Source of the DNA: Chloroflexota bacterium
GTDB lineage: Bacteria > Chloroflexota > Dehalococcoidia > JACQUO01
Length of the DNA: 64,000 nucleotides
Direction: 5' to 3'
NCBI GenBank assembly: GCA_016210205.1
Contig: JACQUO010000024.1
Coordinates: forward strand, 29,105 to 93,104
Below the pieces are notes generated by a model. It did no database searches and had not been told where the DNA came from. It saw only the letters and a list, made by a program, of their open reading frames with translations. This document shows positions 37,174 to 45,280 of the stretch, one piece after another (the first letter of the stretch is position 1; every line of letters starts with the position of its first letter). The position numbers and the translations under genes were made by a program.

Positions 37174-37230
37174 AAGCGGAACTGCATCTAAGAACCACCA
37201 ATTCCAGGATTGCTATCCGGAGGTAAACCT

Positions 37231-37977
37231 TTGCTCCGAATCGATGGGCGCACCGAGGACCAGCTCCGTCCGGTGCGTATCAAGCCTTGCTATCTGGCCT
37301 TCGCGGAAGGCTCGGCCCTCATCGAGGTGGGCAAGACCCGCGTGGTCTGCGCCGTGACTGTGGAGGACCGGGTGCCCCCCTTCCTGCGGGGCACCGGCCG
37401 CGGCTGGATTACCGCGGAGTACTCCATGCTGCCCCGCTCCACCCAGGTGCGCACGCCCCGGGAGTCCGTGCAGGGCCGCGTGGGCGGGCGCACCCATGAG
37501 ATACAACGCCTCATCGGCCGCTCCCTGCGGGCAGTGACGGACCTGGAGGCCTGGGGGGAGAAGACCTTCATAGTGGACTGCGATGTGCTCCAGGCCGACG
37601 GTGGCACCAGGAGCGCGGCCATCACCGGCGCCTATGTGGCTCTCTACCACGCCTTCCACACCATGTTGCAGCGCCAGGAGCTGGGCAGCATCCCCTTCCG
37701 CGCCGCCGTGGCCGGCACCAGCGTGGGGCTGGTGGAGGGCATCCCCCTCACAGACCTCTGCTTCGATGAGGACCAGCGGGCCGAGGTGGACTTCAATGTG
37801 GTCATGACCAGCCGCGGCGAGTTCGTGGAGGTCCAGGGCGCCGCCGAGTCCAAGCCCTTCAGCCGCGAGCTCATCGACGGCATGCTGTCCCTGGCGGAGA
37901 AGGGCATCGCCGAGCTCTTCAAGTGCCAGCAGGCTGCCATCGACCGCCTCGAGCACCGCTCCCAGCGGCAAAGCTAA
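37231..37977 (+). CDS. rph: Ribonuclease PH
   Basis: RIDGRTEDQLRPV, AEGSALIEVGKTRV and GWITAEYSMLP motifs. I prefer TTG at 37231 because of the GGAGG about 8 nt upstream. The ORF track starts at TTG 37210. Confidence 0.93.
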   Translation: MLRIDGRTEDQLRPVRIKPCYLAFAEGSALIEVGKTRVVCAVTVEDRVPPFLRGTGRGWITAEYSMLPRSTQVRTPRESVQGRVGGRTHEIQRLIGRSLRAVTDLEAWGEKTFIVDCDVLQADGGTRSAAITGAYVALYHAFHTMLQRQELGSIPFRAAVAGTSVGLVEGIPLTDLCFDEDQRAEVDFNVVMTSRGEFVEVQGAAESKPFSRELIDGMLSLAEKGIAELFKCQQAAIDRLEHRSQRQS

Positions 37978-38048
37978 CACCGACGCCGCCCACCAAAACA
38001 AGGCCGGAGAGGCCTGGGGTTTACCCAGGCCTCTCTCATTTTATGGCC

Positions 38049-38708
38049 CTACAAGGAACGCTCAGGGGGGCTGCGCCAGCGTCCCAGGTGGCAGGTGTCG
38101 TTAAGCAGCAGCAAACGGGGCCGGGGCCTCAGCTCGAAGGCGGTCTGGGAGCCGCTGTCCAGGTCCAGGCGCCAGAAGTGAGATAGGGGCAGGCCCAGCA
38201 AGTCCAGTGCTACGACCTTGAGGACAGCGTTGTGGCTGCAGAGGGCCACATGCTCCCTGGGATGCCGCTCTCGCACCAGCTTTAAGACCCGCCGGGTCCG
38301 CCTACGCACTTCCTCCAGGCTTTCTCCCCCTGGCATGGTCACCCGCTCGGGGTGCGCCAGCCACTGGGCCCAGAGCTCCGGGTAGGCCGCCTGCGCCTCC
38401 GTCCAGAGCTTCCCGTTCCACTCCCCGTGGTCGAGCTCCCGCAGCTCCTCCAGGGACTGGGGCGTCAGGGCGCGGCCTCGGGCCACCAGGGCGGCGGTGT
38501 CCCAGGCTCGACGCTGGGGGCTGGAATACAGCGCCTCCAGGGGCAGCCCTCGGAGGTGGCGGGCCAGGGCCCGGCCCTGGCGGCGGCCCAAAGGGGACAG
38601 CTCGGGGTCCAGGCGGCCTTGGTAGCGGCCCTCCTGGTTCCACCGGCTCTCCCCGTGGCGCAGGAGATAAAGGCGGGTGAGGTGAGGGCCAGAGGCAGGC
38701 GAGGCCAA
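38049..38708 (-). CDS. Histidine phosphatase family protein (phosphoglycerate mutase/CobC-like)
   Basis: RLYLLRHGESRWNQEGRYQGRLDPELSPLGRRQ contains the catalytic RHG motif. A downstream HN..L is present. Confidence 0.8.
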   Translation of the reverse strand: MASPASGPHLTRLYLLRHGESRWNQEGRYQGRLDPELSPLGRRQGRALARHLRGLPLEALYSSPQRRAWDTAALVARGRALTPQSLEELRELDHGEWNGKLWTEAQAAYPELWAQWLAHPERVTMPGGESLEEVRRRTRRVLKLVRERHPREHVALCSHNAVLKVVALDLLGLPLSHFWRLDLDSGSQTAFELRPRPRLLLLNDTCHLGRWRSPPERSL

Positions 38709-38717
38709 GGGGGGGCC

Positions 38718-40292
38718 CTAGAGCTTGACCAGGTGGGCGGTGAAGATGTCCGCGATGGCCAGGATTTTCTGCATCTGGGCCTCGGTGAGGGAATCGTCCA
38801 GGCCCAGAACCATCAGGGCCTGGCCCCGGGGCTTGAGGCGGCCCACCTGCATGGAGGAGATGTTGATGTCGGCCTCGCCGGTGACATTGCCCACGGCCCC
38901 GATGAGGCCAGGCCGGTCCCGGTGATGGCTGAAGAGCCAGTAGCCGCCCGTGGGCACAACATCAATCCAGAAGTCATTCACCCGCACGATGTGGGGCTGG
39001 TCCCTCAGGAGAGTGCCGGCCACGGTGGTGGTGCCCTCCGGCGTGACCACCGCCAGGGTGACGAGGCTGGAGTAGTTGGCGCAGACGGGGTTGGTGGTCT
39101 CCACCATCTTCAGACCCCGCCGCTCGGCGACGGCCTGGGCGTTGACGATGTTCACCCGCTCCTCGGTGAAGGGCTCCAGGAGCTCCTTGATGATGGCCAC
39201 CTTGAGGGGCAGGGTGCTGTGGTGGGTGACGTCCCCCTCGTAGAGGATGGAGATGGACTTCCAGGGGCCGTGGGCCAGCTGCACCGCCAGGGAACCCAGG
39301 GCCGCGGCCACCGGGACGTAAGGAGCCATGGCGGTGAGGGCCTCGCGCGGGATGAGCGGGGCGTTGACCACATTGGGGGTGGGCTGACCCGAAAGGGCCA
39401 GGAGCAACTGCCGGGCCATATCCACGGCCACATTGGACTGGGCCTCCACGGTGGAGGCCGCCAGGTGCGGGGTGACAACAATCTTGTCGCTCTTGAGGAG
39501 AGGGCAGTCGTGGGGTGGCTCCTCCTCGAAGACGTCCACCCCGGCGCCCGCCAGGTGGCCCGACTCCACTGCCTGGTAGAGGGCCTCCTCGTCCACGATG
39601 CCCCCCCGGGCAGTGTTGATGAGCCGCGCCCCCCGCTTCATCTGGGCCAGCTCTCTGGCCCCAATCAATTTTTGCGTGGCGGAGGTGAGAGGCGTGTGGA
39701 TAGTGAGGAAGTCCGCCCGGCCCAAGACCTCCAGGAGAGGCAGGAGCTCCACCTCCAGATGGCGTGCGGCCTCGGCGGTGACAAAGGGGTCATAGCCGAT
39801 GAGGTTCATCTCCAGGGCGCGGGCCCGCTTGGCCACCTCGGTCCCCACCTTGCCCAGGCCCAGGATGCCCAGGGTCTTGCCCCGAAGCTCCACGCCTATG
39901 AAGTTCTCCCGCTCCCAAGCGCCCTGCTTGAGGTGGACATAGGACTGGGGGAGGTGCCGAGCCACCGCCAGCATCAGGGCCAGGGCGTGCTCGGCGGCAG
40001 AGACGATGTTAGACGCGGGGGCGTTGACCACCAGGACGCCGCGACGGGTGGCCGCCTCCAGGTCGATGTTGTCCACCCCCACGCCGGCCCGGCCAATGAC
40101 CTGGAGCTTGCGCCCCGCCTCGATGAGGGCGGCGGTGACCTGGGTTTCCGAGCGCACCACCAGGGCGTCGTAGTCCCCCACGATAGTCAAAAGCTCTGCC
40201 TCGGGGAGATGGAGACGGATATCCGCCTCCGCGGCGGAGCGCAGGATTTCAAGCCCCTCTGGAGCGATGGGGTCGCAGACGAGGATTTTCAA
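38718..40292 (-). CDS. serA: D-3-phosphoglycerate dehydrogenase (long form with ASB and ACT domains)
   Basis: MKILVCDPI, GILGLGKVGTEVA (NAD motif) and HLAASTVEAQ motifs. At 524 aa it includes a C-terminal ACT-like region. Confidence 0.95.
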   Translation of the reverse strand: MKILVCDPIAPEGLEILRSAAEADIRLHLPEAELLTIVGDYDALVVRSETQVTAALIEAGRKLQVIGRAGVGVDNIDLEAATRRGVLVVNAPASNIVSAAEHALALMLAVARHLPQSYVHLKQGAWERENFIGVELRGKTLGILGLGKVGTEVAKRARALEMNLIGYDPFVTAEAARHLEVELLPLLEVLGRADFLTIHTPLTSATQKLIGARELAQMKRGARLINTARGGIVDEEALYQAVESGHLAGAGVDVFEEEPPHDCPLLKSDKIVVTPHLAASTVEAQSNVAVDMARQLLLALSGQPTPNVVNAPLIPREALTAMAPYVPVAAALGSLAVQLAHGPWKSISILYEGDVTHHSTLPLKVAIIKELLEPFTEERVNIVNAQAVAERRGLKMVETTNPVCANYSSLVTLAVVTPEGTTTVAGTLLRDQPHIVRVNDFWIDVVPTGGYWLFSHHRDRPGLIGAVGNVTGEADINISSMQVGRLKPRGQALMVLGLDDSLTEAQMQKILAIADIFTAHLVKL

Positions 40293-40297
40293 AGAGG

Positions 40298-41407
40298 CTA
40301 CGATTTCGGGACAGCGCTGGCCGCCGGACGGTAGCCCAGCCTCGGCAGGGCCTCCCGGAGGGCGGCTGTCACCTTATCTATATCAGCTTCGGTGACGAAA
40401 CCCAGATGTCCGATACGGAAGATTTTGTCCGCCAGCTTCTCCTGCCCTTCGGCCAGGTCTATCTTATACTCCGCCAGGAGGGTGCGCCGTAGGGTCAAGG
40501 GGTCAACCCCGGAAGGGGCATAGACGGCGGTGACGGTATTGGAGGCGCAAGATTCTGGGGCCAAGAGCTTCAGGCCCAAGGAGCGCACTCCCTCGCGGGC
40601 CCGCCGCGCCACCCGGGCATGGCGCTGGTGGATGTTCTCCAGGCCCTCCTGAGCCATGAGCTCCAGGGAGACTCCCAGGGCATAGAAAGTGGATACCGCC
40701 GGGGTCCAGGGGGTCTGCTGCTTCTGCAGAATGGTCTTGGCCCGACCCAGGTCAAAGTAAAAGCGGGGCATCCTGGCCGTTTTGTTGGCCGCCCAAGCCC
40801 GCTGGCTGAAGCTGACGAAGGCCAGGCCCGGCGGGCACATCCAGCCCTTCTGGGAGCCGGAGAGCACCACATCGCAGCCCCACTCATCAGTGGGGAGAGG
40901 GATGCAGCCGATGCTGCTGATGGCATCCACCAGGAAGAGCTTATCGTGCTGGCGGACGATGGCCGCGATGGCCTTGAGGTCGTTGGTGACGCCCGTGGAG
41001 GTCTCGTTGTGGACCAGCAGCACCGCCTTGAGCCTGGGATGGGCGGCCAGGGCGCGGCGCACCGCATCGGGGTCTACGGGCTGGCCCCATTCGAAGGAGA
41101 GGTGGTTGACCTTGGCCCCGAAGACCTCCGCAATCTTGGCGAACCTGTCCCCGAAGGAGCCATTGGTGATGGCCAGCACCTCATCCCCGGGGGAGAGGGT
41201 GTTGGTGACGGCAGCCTCCATGGAGCCCGTGCCCGAGGCCGTGAGGATGAGCACATCCCCCTTGGTCTGGAAGAACCCCTGGAGCCGCTCTGTAATCTTC
41301 TGGACCAGCTCCCCAAACTCCTTGCCTCGGTGGTTGACCATCTGCTTGGTCATAGCTTGAAGCACGGACTCGGGAACAGGGGTGGGCCCGGGGATGCGCA
41401 GGTTCAC
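40298..41407 (-). CDS. Class-V aminotransferase (AGAT/SerC-like, probable phosphoserine aminotransferase)
   Basis: IPGPTPVP and SGSQKGWMCPPGLAF (PLP Lys). Its position directly upstream of serA on the same strand supports a serine-pathway role, which is inference. Confidence 0.75.
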   Translation of the reverse strand: MNLRIPGPTPVPESVLQAMTKQMVNHRGKEFGELVQKITERLQGFFQTKGDVLILTASGTGSMEAAVTNTLSPGDEVLAITNGSFGDRFAKIAEVFGAKVNHLSFEWGQPVDPDAVRRALAAHPRLKAVLLVHNETSTGVTNDLKAIAAIVRQHDKLFLVDAISSIGCIPLPTDEWGCDVVLSGSQKGWMCPPGLAFVSFSQRAWAANKTARMPRFYFDLGRAKTILQKQQTPWTPAVSTFYALGVSLELMAQEGLENIHQRHARVARRAREGVRSLGLKLLAPESCASNTVTAVYAPSGVDPLTLRRTLLAEYKIDLAEGQEKLADKIFRIGHLGFVTEADIDKVTAALREALPRLGYRPAASAVPKS

Positions 41408-41506
41408 CGTATGCCTCCTCGCTTACGCTAGGGAAAAACTATACTCCACCAAAGGGGGTGGGGTCAAGGCGCAAGATGAAGGGAAGTCTTGCAGCCATGT
41501 GTTAGT

Positions 41507-41531
41507 GTCATTCTGAGCGAAGCGAAGAATC
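41507..41531 (+). repeat. Family-2 short repeat
   Basis: GTCATTCTGAGCGAAGCGAAGAATC. The GCGAAGA..TCTTCGC hairpin is at 41522-41543. Confidence 0.65.
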
Positions 41532-41552
41532 CAGACTCTTCGCCCGCCCAGG

Positions 41553-41665
41553 CGGGATACCTCACCCCCTGACCCCCTCTCCTGGAAGGAGAGAGGGAGA
41601 GAAAGGAAGGCTGGGGGACACCCCCAGGCCCCCGCCAGAGTGGCATTGCACCTCTGGACTCCCCT
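41553..41665 (+). repeat. Three-hairpin intergenic repeat (family 1), complete copy
   Basis: GGGATACCTCACCCCCTGACCCCCTCTCCTGGAAGGAGAGAGGG..CTGGGGGACACCCCCAG (41611-41627)..CCAGAGTGGCATTGCACCTCTGG. Confidence 0.8.
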
Positions 41666-41784
41666 ATTCTGAGGTTTGGCTCCCGCTTGCTGGGGATTCC
41701 CAGGCCCCCATCGGGAGACCCCCGGACTACCCTTTTTGAGGCTGGGGAAAGAGGCTTGATTGAGGTCGTTTAGTAAGGATATCC

Positions 41785-41809
41785 GTCACTCTGAGCGAAG
41801 CGAAGAATC
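41785..41809 (+). repeat. Family-2 short repeat
   Basis: GTCACTCTGAGCGAAGCGAAGAATC matches the copy at 41507 at 24 of 25 positions. Confidence 0.65.
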
Positions 41810-41865
41810 TCTCTCGCCGAGGAGAAGCCAGGGATAAGCGATGCACCAATCTCAAGGGAGCAACT

Positions 41866-42855
41866 TTACCCGCCGCGCAGCTCACGCACCTTGGCGATGA
41901 GGGCGGGCAGCACCTGCTTGTAGTCGCCCACGATGCCGTAGCGGGCCACCTTGAAGATGTTGGCGCTGGGGTCTTTGTTGATGGCCACGATGGCCTTGGC
42001 CTCGGAGCAGCCCGCCAGATGCTGGCTGGAGCCAGAGATGGCCACCGCCAGGTAGAGGTCCGGGGCCACCAGCTTCCCGGTGAGGCCCACCTGGTAGTGG
42101 GCGGGCACCCACCCGGAGTCGCAGGGCGGGCGGGAGGCGCCCACGGCGCCCCCCAGGAGCCCGGCCAACTCCACCAGTTGGGCGAAGGCCTCGGGGCCGC
42201 CCAGGCCCCGCCCACCGGAGACGATTATCTGAGCATCCTCCAGCTTCACCCCGGCCACCGCTTCCGCCACCCGTTCCTTCACTTGGAGGGCTGCCTGAGC
42301 GGGGTCGAAGCTCAGGGCCAGGGGGATGGCCTCGGCCCGACGCGAGGGGTCGGGCTCCAGGGCGGCGAAGGCGCGAGGCCGCAGGGTGGCCATCTGAAGC
42401 TGGCCGGCCCGGCCGACTACCTCGGCCTGGGCGCTGCCGCCATAGACGGGGCGAGTCGCCACCAGGAGGCCGGAGGCGGGCTCCAGGGCCAGCTCCAGGC
42501 AGTCCGCCGCCAGGCCGGCGCCCAGTCGGCAGGCCAGACGAGGGGCCAAATCCCGGCCTATATTAGTATGGCCCAACAGGACGATGGCGGGCCGGGCCTG
42601 GGCGAGCGCGGCCTCCGCCGCGGCTAGATATAACTCCGGCCAGTAGCCAGGGAGCGCCGGGGACTGGGCCAGATAGACCCGCTCGGCCCCCAGGGCCGCG
42701 GCCTCGGCAGCCAGGGGAGCCGGGTCTGGGCCCACCAGGAGGACGGAGAGAGGGCCGGGGACACCCAGGCGCCGCCCTGCCCCCAGAAGCTCTCCGGTGA
42801 TAGGGGCCAGCCGCCCCTGGGCCACCTCGCCGATTACCAGCACGCCACTAGGCAT
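41866..42855 (-). CDS. etfA: Electron transfer flavoprotein alpha subunit
   Basis: The C-terminal FAD domain reads VSGGRGLG..ELAGLLGGAVGASRP..GWVP...QVGLTGK.V.PDLYLAVAISGSSQH..G...AK.IVAINKD. Confidence 0.92.
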   Translation of the reverse strand: MPSGVLVIGEVAQGRLAPITGELLGAGRRLGVPGPLSVLLVGPDPAPLAAEAAALGAERVYLAQSPALPGYWPELYLAAAEAALAQARPAIVLLGHTNIGRDLAPRLACRLGAGLAADCLELALEPASGLLVATRPVYGGSAQAEVVGRAGQLQMATLRPRAFAALEPDPSRRAEAIPLALSFDPAQAALQVKERVAEAVAGVKLEDAQIIVSGGRGLGGPEAFAQLVELAGLLGGAVGASRPPCDSGWVPAHYQVGLTGKLVAPDLYLAVAISGSSQHLAGCSEAKAIVAINKDPSANIFKVARYGIVGDYKQVLPALIAKVRELRGG

Positions 42856-42864
42856 CGCTTTGCC

Positions 42865-43665
42865 TCAGATGAGCTTATCGGCCCGCAGGGCCGCAGCCAG
42901 CTTGGAGGCCTTCTCCGGGGCGTCCTCGCCCTCGATGAACTGGCAGTGGCTCTCCTTCTGCGGGATGAAGAGCCGTCGCACCTGGAGGCGCACACCCACG
43001 GCCCCCACCTGCTCCGGCCCCAGGCCCAAATCCGCCGCCTTCCAGCTCTGCACCGGCTTGCGGGCGGCGGCCCGGATGCCCAAAAGGGTGGGATAGCGCG
43101 GCTCCCCCACCTCGTTGCTCACGGTGACCAGGGCGGGCAAGGCAGTTTCCACCACCTCGTAGCCGTCCTCCACCACCCGCTCCACCCGCAGCCGGCCGTC
43201 CCGGGCCTCCACCTTGCGGGCGATGGTGATGGCGGGGAGACCCAAGAAGTGGGCGATGCCTATCCCCACCTGGCCGGCGTCCCAGTCGGAGGCCTGCCGC
43301 CCGCAGAGCACCAGGTCGCAGGCGCCCAGCTTGCGGATGGCGGCGGAGAGGGCCAGGGCGGTGGCGTACGAATCCCCCCCCTCGAAGGCGGCGTCCTCCA
43401 GGAGCGCCAGCTCGTCGGCCCCCATGGCCAGGGGCTTCTTCACCACCTCGGGCACCAGGCCGCTGCCCAGGCTGACGATGGTTATCTTGCCCCCGTGGGC
43501 GTCTTTGAGTTTAAGGGCCGCCTCCACCGCATTCAGGCAGAAGGGGGAGAGCACCGGAGCTACCCCCGGCGCGGGGAGGGCCCGCTTGGCCTCGGGGTCG
43601 ATGCGGAACGAGGCCGGGGGGGTCTCGGGGTCCGGCACCTGCTTGACGCAGACGATGATGTTCAT
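42865..43665 (-). CDS. etfB: Electron transfer flavoprotein beta subunit
   Basis: MNIIVCVKQVPD..., DLVLCGRQASDWDAGQVG and LGLPAIT motifs. Confidence 0.92.
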   Translation of the reverse strand: MNIIVCVKQVPDPETPPASFRIDPEAKRALPAPGVAPVLSPFCLNAVEAALKLKDAHGGKITIVSLGSGLVPEVVKKPLAMGADELALLEDAAFEGGDSYATALALSAAIRKLGACDLVLCGRQASDWDAGQVGIGIAHFLGLPAITIARKVEARDGRLRVERVVEDGYEVVETALPALVTVSNEVGEPRYPTLLGIRAAARKPVQSWKAADLGLGPEQVGAVGVRLQVRRLFIPQKESHCQFIEGEDAPEKASKLAAALRADKLI

Positions 43666-44588
43666 GCTTTCGCCGCCGCCCCCACCAGCTCGCGGACATC
43701 GGCGATGTTCTTCTGCTTCAGGTAGGCCTCCAGGCCCTCCAGCACCTCCAGGGGTGCTTTGGGGTTCACCAGGGTGGCCGTGCCCACCTGGACTGCCGTC
43801 GCCCCGGCCATGAGGAACTCCAGGGCGTCCGTGGCGGAGGCGATGCCTCCGCAGCCCACCACGGGCACGGAGACGGCCCGGGCCACCTCATAGACATGGT
43901 ACAGGGCGATGGGCTTGATGGCCGGCCCGGAGAGACCCGCCTTGACAGCAGGGAAAAAGGGCTTGCGCTGCGTGGTGTCGATGGCCAGGCCCAAGATGGT
44001 GTTCATGACGGTGAGGGCATCCGCCCCGGCCTCGGCCACGGCCCGGGCCACCGCGGGCATGTCGGCGCCGTTGGGGGTGAGCTTGACCAGCAGGGGCAGG
44101 CCCGTGGCCTTCCGCACGGCAGCCACCACCCGGGCGGCGGGACGGGGCTTGGCCCCGAACTCCATGCCGCCTTGGGCCACATTGGGGCAGGAGATGTTCA
44201 CCTCGATTCCCGCCACCCCAGGCACGCCGTCCAGGCGGCGAGCCACTTCGCGATACTCCCGGGCCGACTCCCCGGCGATGTTGACGATGACGGGGACGCG
44301 CCACGAGGCCCAGAGGGGGGCCATATCCCGGATGAGGGCCTCCACCCCGATGTTCTGGAGGCCGATGGAGTTGAGGAGCCCCGCGGGCGTCTCGGCGACA
44401 CGCGGCTGGGGGTTGCCCTCGCGCGGATGGAGAGTGATGCCCTTGCAGACGATGGCCCCCAGGCGCTGGATGTCGATGATTTCGCCCAGCTCCACCCCAT
44501 ACCCGCAGGTGCCCGAGGCCGTGAGCACCGGGTTGGCCAGCCACAGGCCCCCGGGGTGCCCCGGCACCAGGTTAAAGGAGAGGGTCAC
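43662..44588 (-). CDS. pyrD: Dihydroorotate dehydrogenase catalytic subunit, class 1B-like
   Basis: LANPVLTASGTCGYG, SIGLQN, NISCPN (active-site Cys) and GGI..A.DA.EF..AGA motifs. GTG start at 44588. Its stop overlaps the etfB ATG (ATGA). Confidence 0.9.
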   Translation of the reverse strand: MTLSFNLVPGHPGGLWLANPVLTASGTCGYGVELGEIIDIQRLGAIVCKGITLHPREGNPQPRVAETPAGLLNSIGLQNIGVEALIRDMAPLWASWRVPVIVNIAGESAREYREVARRLDGVPGVAGIEVNISCPNVAQGGMEFGAKPRPAARVVAAVRKATGLPLLVKLTPNGADMPAVARAVAEAGADALTVMNTILGLAIDTTQRKPFFPAVKAGLSGPAIKPIALYHVYEVARAVSVPVVGCGGIASATDALEFLMAGATAVQVGTATLVNPKAPLEVLEGLEAYLKQKNIADVRELVGAAAKA

Positions 44589-44671
44589 GGAAATCTATCT
44601 GCCTCCCCCCTAGGGGGAAACTCCAAACTTCTGTGGAGGTCTGGTTTGTTGTCCCTTCGATAAGGGCTGGT

Positions 44672-44932
44672 TCAGCGATATACTTCTCGGCGGTGACCTA
44701 TCTTAAAAACGGTTACTAGCCTTGCCTCATCATCTACTTGGTAGAGCACCCTATAGTCTCCAACTCTCAAACGATAAGAGTTCTCGCTTTCGCTCAGCTT
44801 GTGGCTTTTTCTCGGTCTGGGGTCAGCGGCAAGGGACTCTATGGACTGGAGCAGCCTTCTCCCCATATCTGGATGCACTCTTGAGATCTCTTTGATAGCC
44901 CTGTTCTTTATTTCGAGCTGGTATCTCGCCAC
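44672..44932 (-). CDS. Type II toxin, RelE/ParE family
   Basis: 86 aa. The pattern KAIKEI....P....RLLQSIESLAADPRP...KL.....YRLRVGDYRVLYQVDD....V.V..IGHRREVY is the canonical RelE/ParE fold pattern. Confidence 0.85.
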   Translation of the reverse strand: MARYQLEIKNRAIKEISRVHPDMGRRLLQSIESLAADPRPRKSHKLSESENSYRLRVGDYRVLYQVDDEARLVTVFKIGHRREVYR

Positions 44933-45111
44933 TTGCGCTCCAGCTTTTTTTTCACAACGTCAAAAGGCTGGGAAGGCTCCCCTTTTCGTTCAGCAATGAT
45001 GGCCAGGTCTTGTAGGTCCTCAAGCAGCGCTCTATACTCTCTTAGGGATAAGAGCACGCCAGTTTTACGTCCGCTTTCATTCACTAAGAAGCGCCTTGTT
45101 GTCTGTTCCAC
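44908..45111 (-). CDS. Type II antitoxin (Phd/YefM- or RelB-like)
   Basis: 67-aa ORF directly upstream of the toxin and overlapping it by 25 nt. SLREYRALLEDLQDLAIIAERKGEP is typical of an antitoxin C-terminal region. Confidence 0.7.
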   Translation of the reverse strand: MEQTTRRFLVNESGRKTGVLLSLREYRALLEDLQDLAIIAERKGEPSQPFDVVKKKLERKWRDTSSK

Positions 45112-45175
45112 TGTGGTCTCTCCTTAGAATGGGTGAGCTTTATTATACCACGGCTGATGGAAATCTGACTTTCAG

Positions 45176-45274
45176 CTACACCCCATACCCGCAGGTGCCC
45201 GAGGCGGCCAGCACCGGGTTGGCCAGCCGCAGGCCCCGCTCGCGCCGCGGCGCCAGGTTAACGGCGAGGTTCAT
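45176..45274 (-). pseudogene. 5' remnant (32 codons plus stop) of a second, diverged pyrD allele
   Basis: MNLAVNLAPRRERGLRLANPVLAASGTCGYGV followed by TAG, compared with MTLSFNLVPGHPGGLWLANPVLTASGTCGYGVELG in intact pyrD. A 27-nt identical core lies at 45179-45205 and 44493-44519. This segment is GC-rich, unlike its flanks. Confidence 0.75.
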
Positions 45275-45280
45275 GGGTGA

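Noticed and set aside
38352-40334. 660-aa plus-strand ORF across the serA region
   Set aside because: It is the antisense shadow of serA and the histidine phosphatase gene. It has low-complexity G/V/L/H/D composition and no motifs. The same reasoning rejects 24103..25169 (antisense dnaK), 25761..26999 (antisense dnaJ), 56038..57540 (antisense thiL), 31088..32233 (antisense der), 35174..36520 (antisense comEC), 48851..50020 (antisense DAHP synthase) and similar ORFs.
41464-41646. Small ORFs in the 41.4-41.9 kb and 47.0-47.5 kb spacers (for example 41464..41646 and 47030..47296)
   Set aside because: They are made up entirely of repeat-family sequence (FFASLRMT.., GDWGCPPE..) and have no start context. 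I consider them translation artefacts of the repeats.
44493-45205. The pyrD 5' duplication as a simple target-site duplication of a transposon
   Set aside because: The two copies differ at many positions outside the 27-nt core and encode different residues. No transposase or terminal inverted repeats lie between them.
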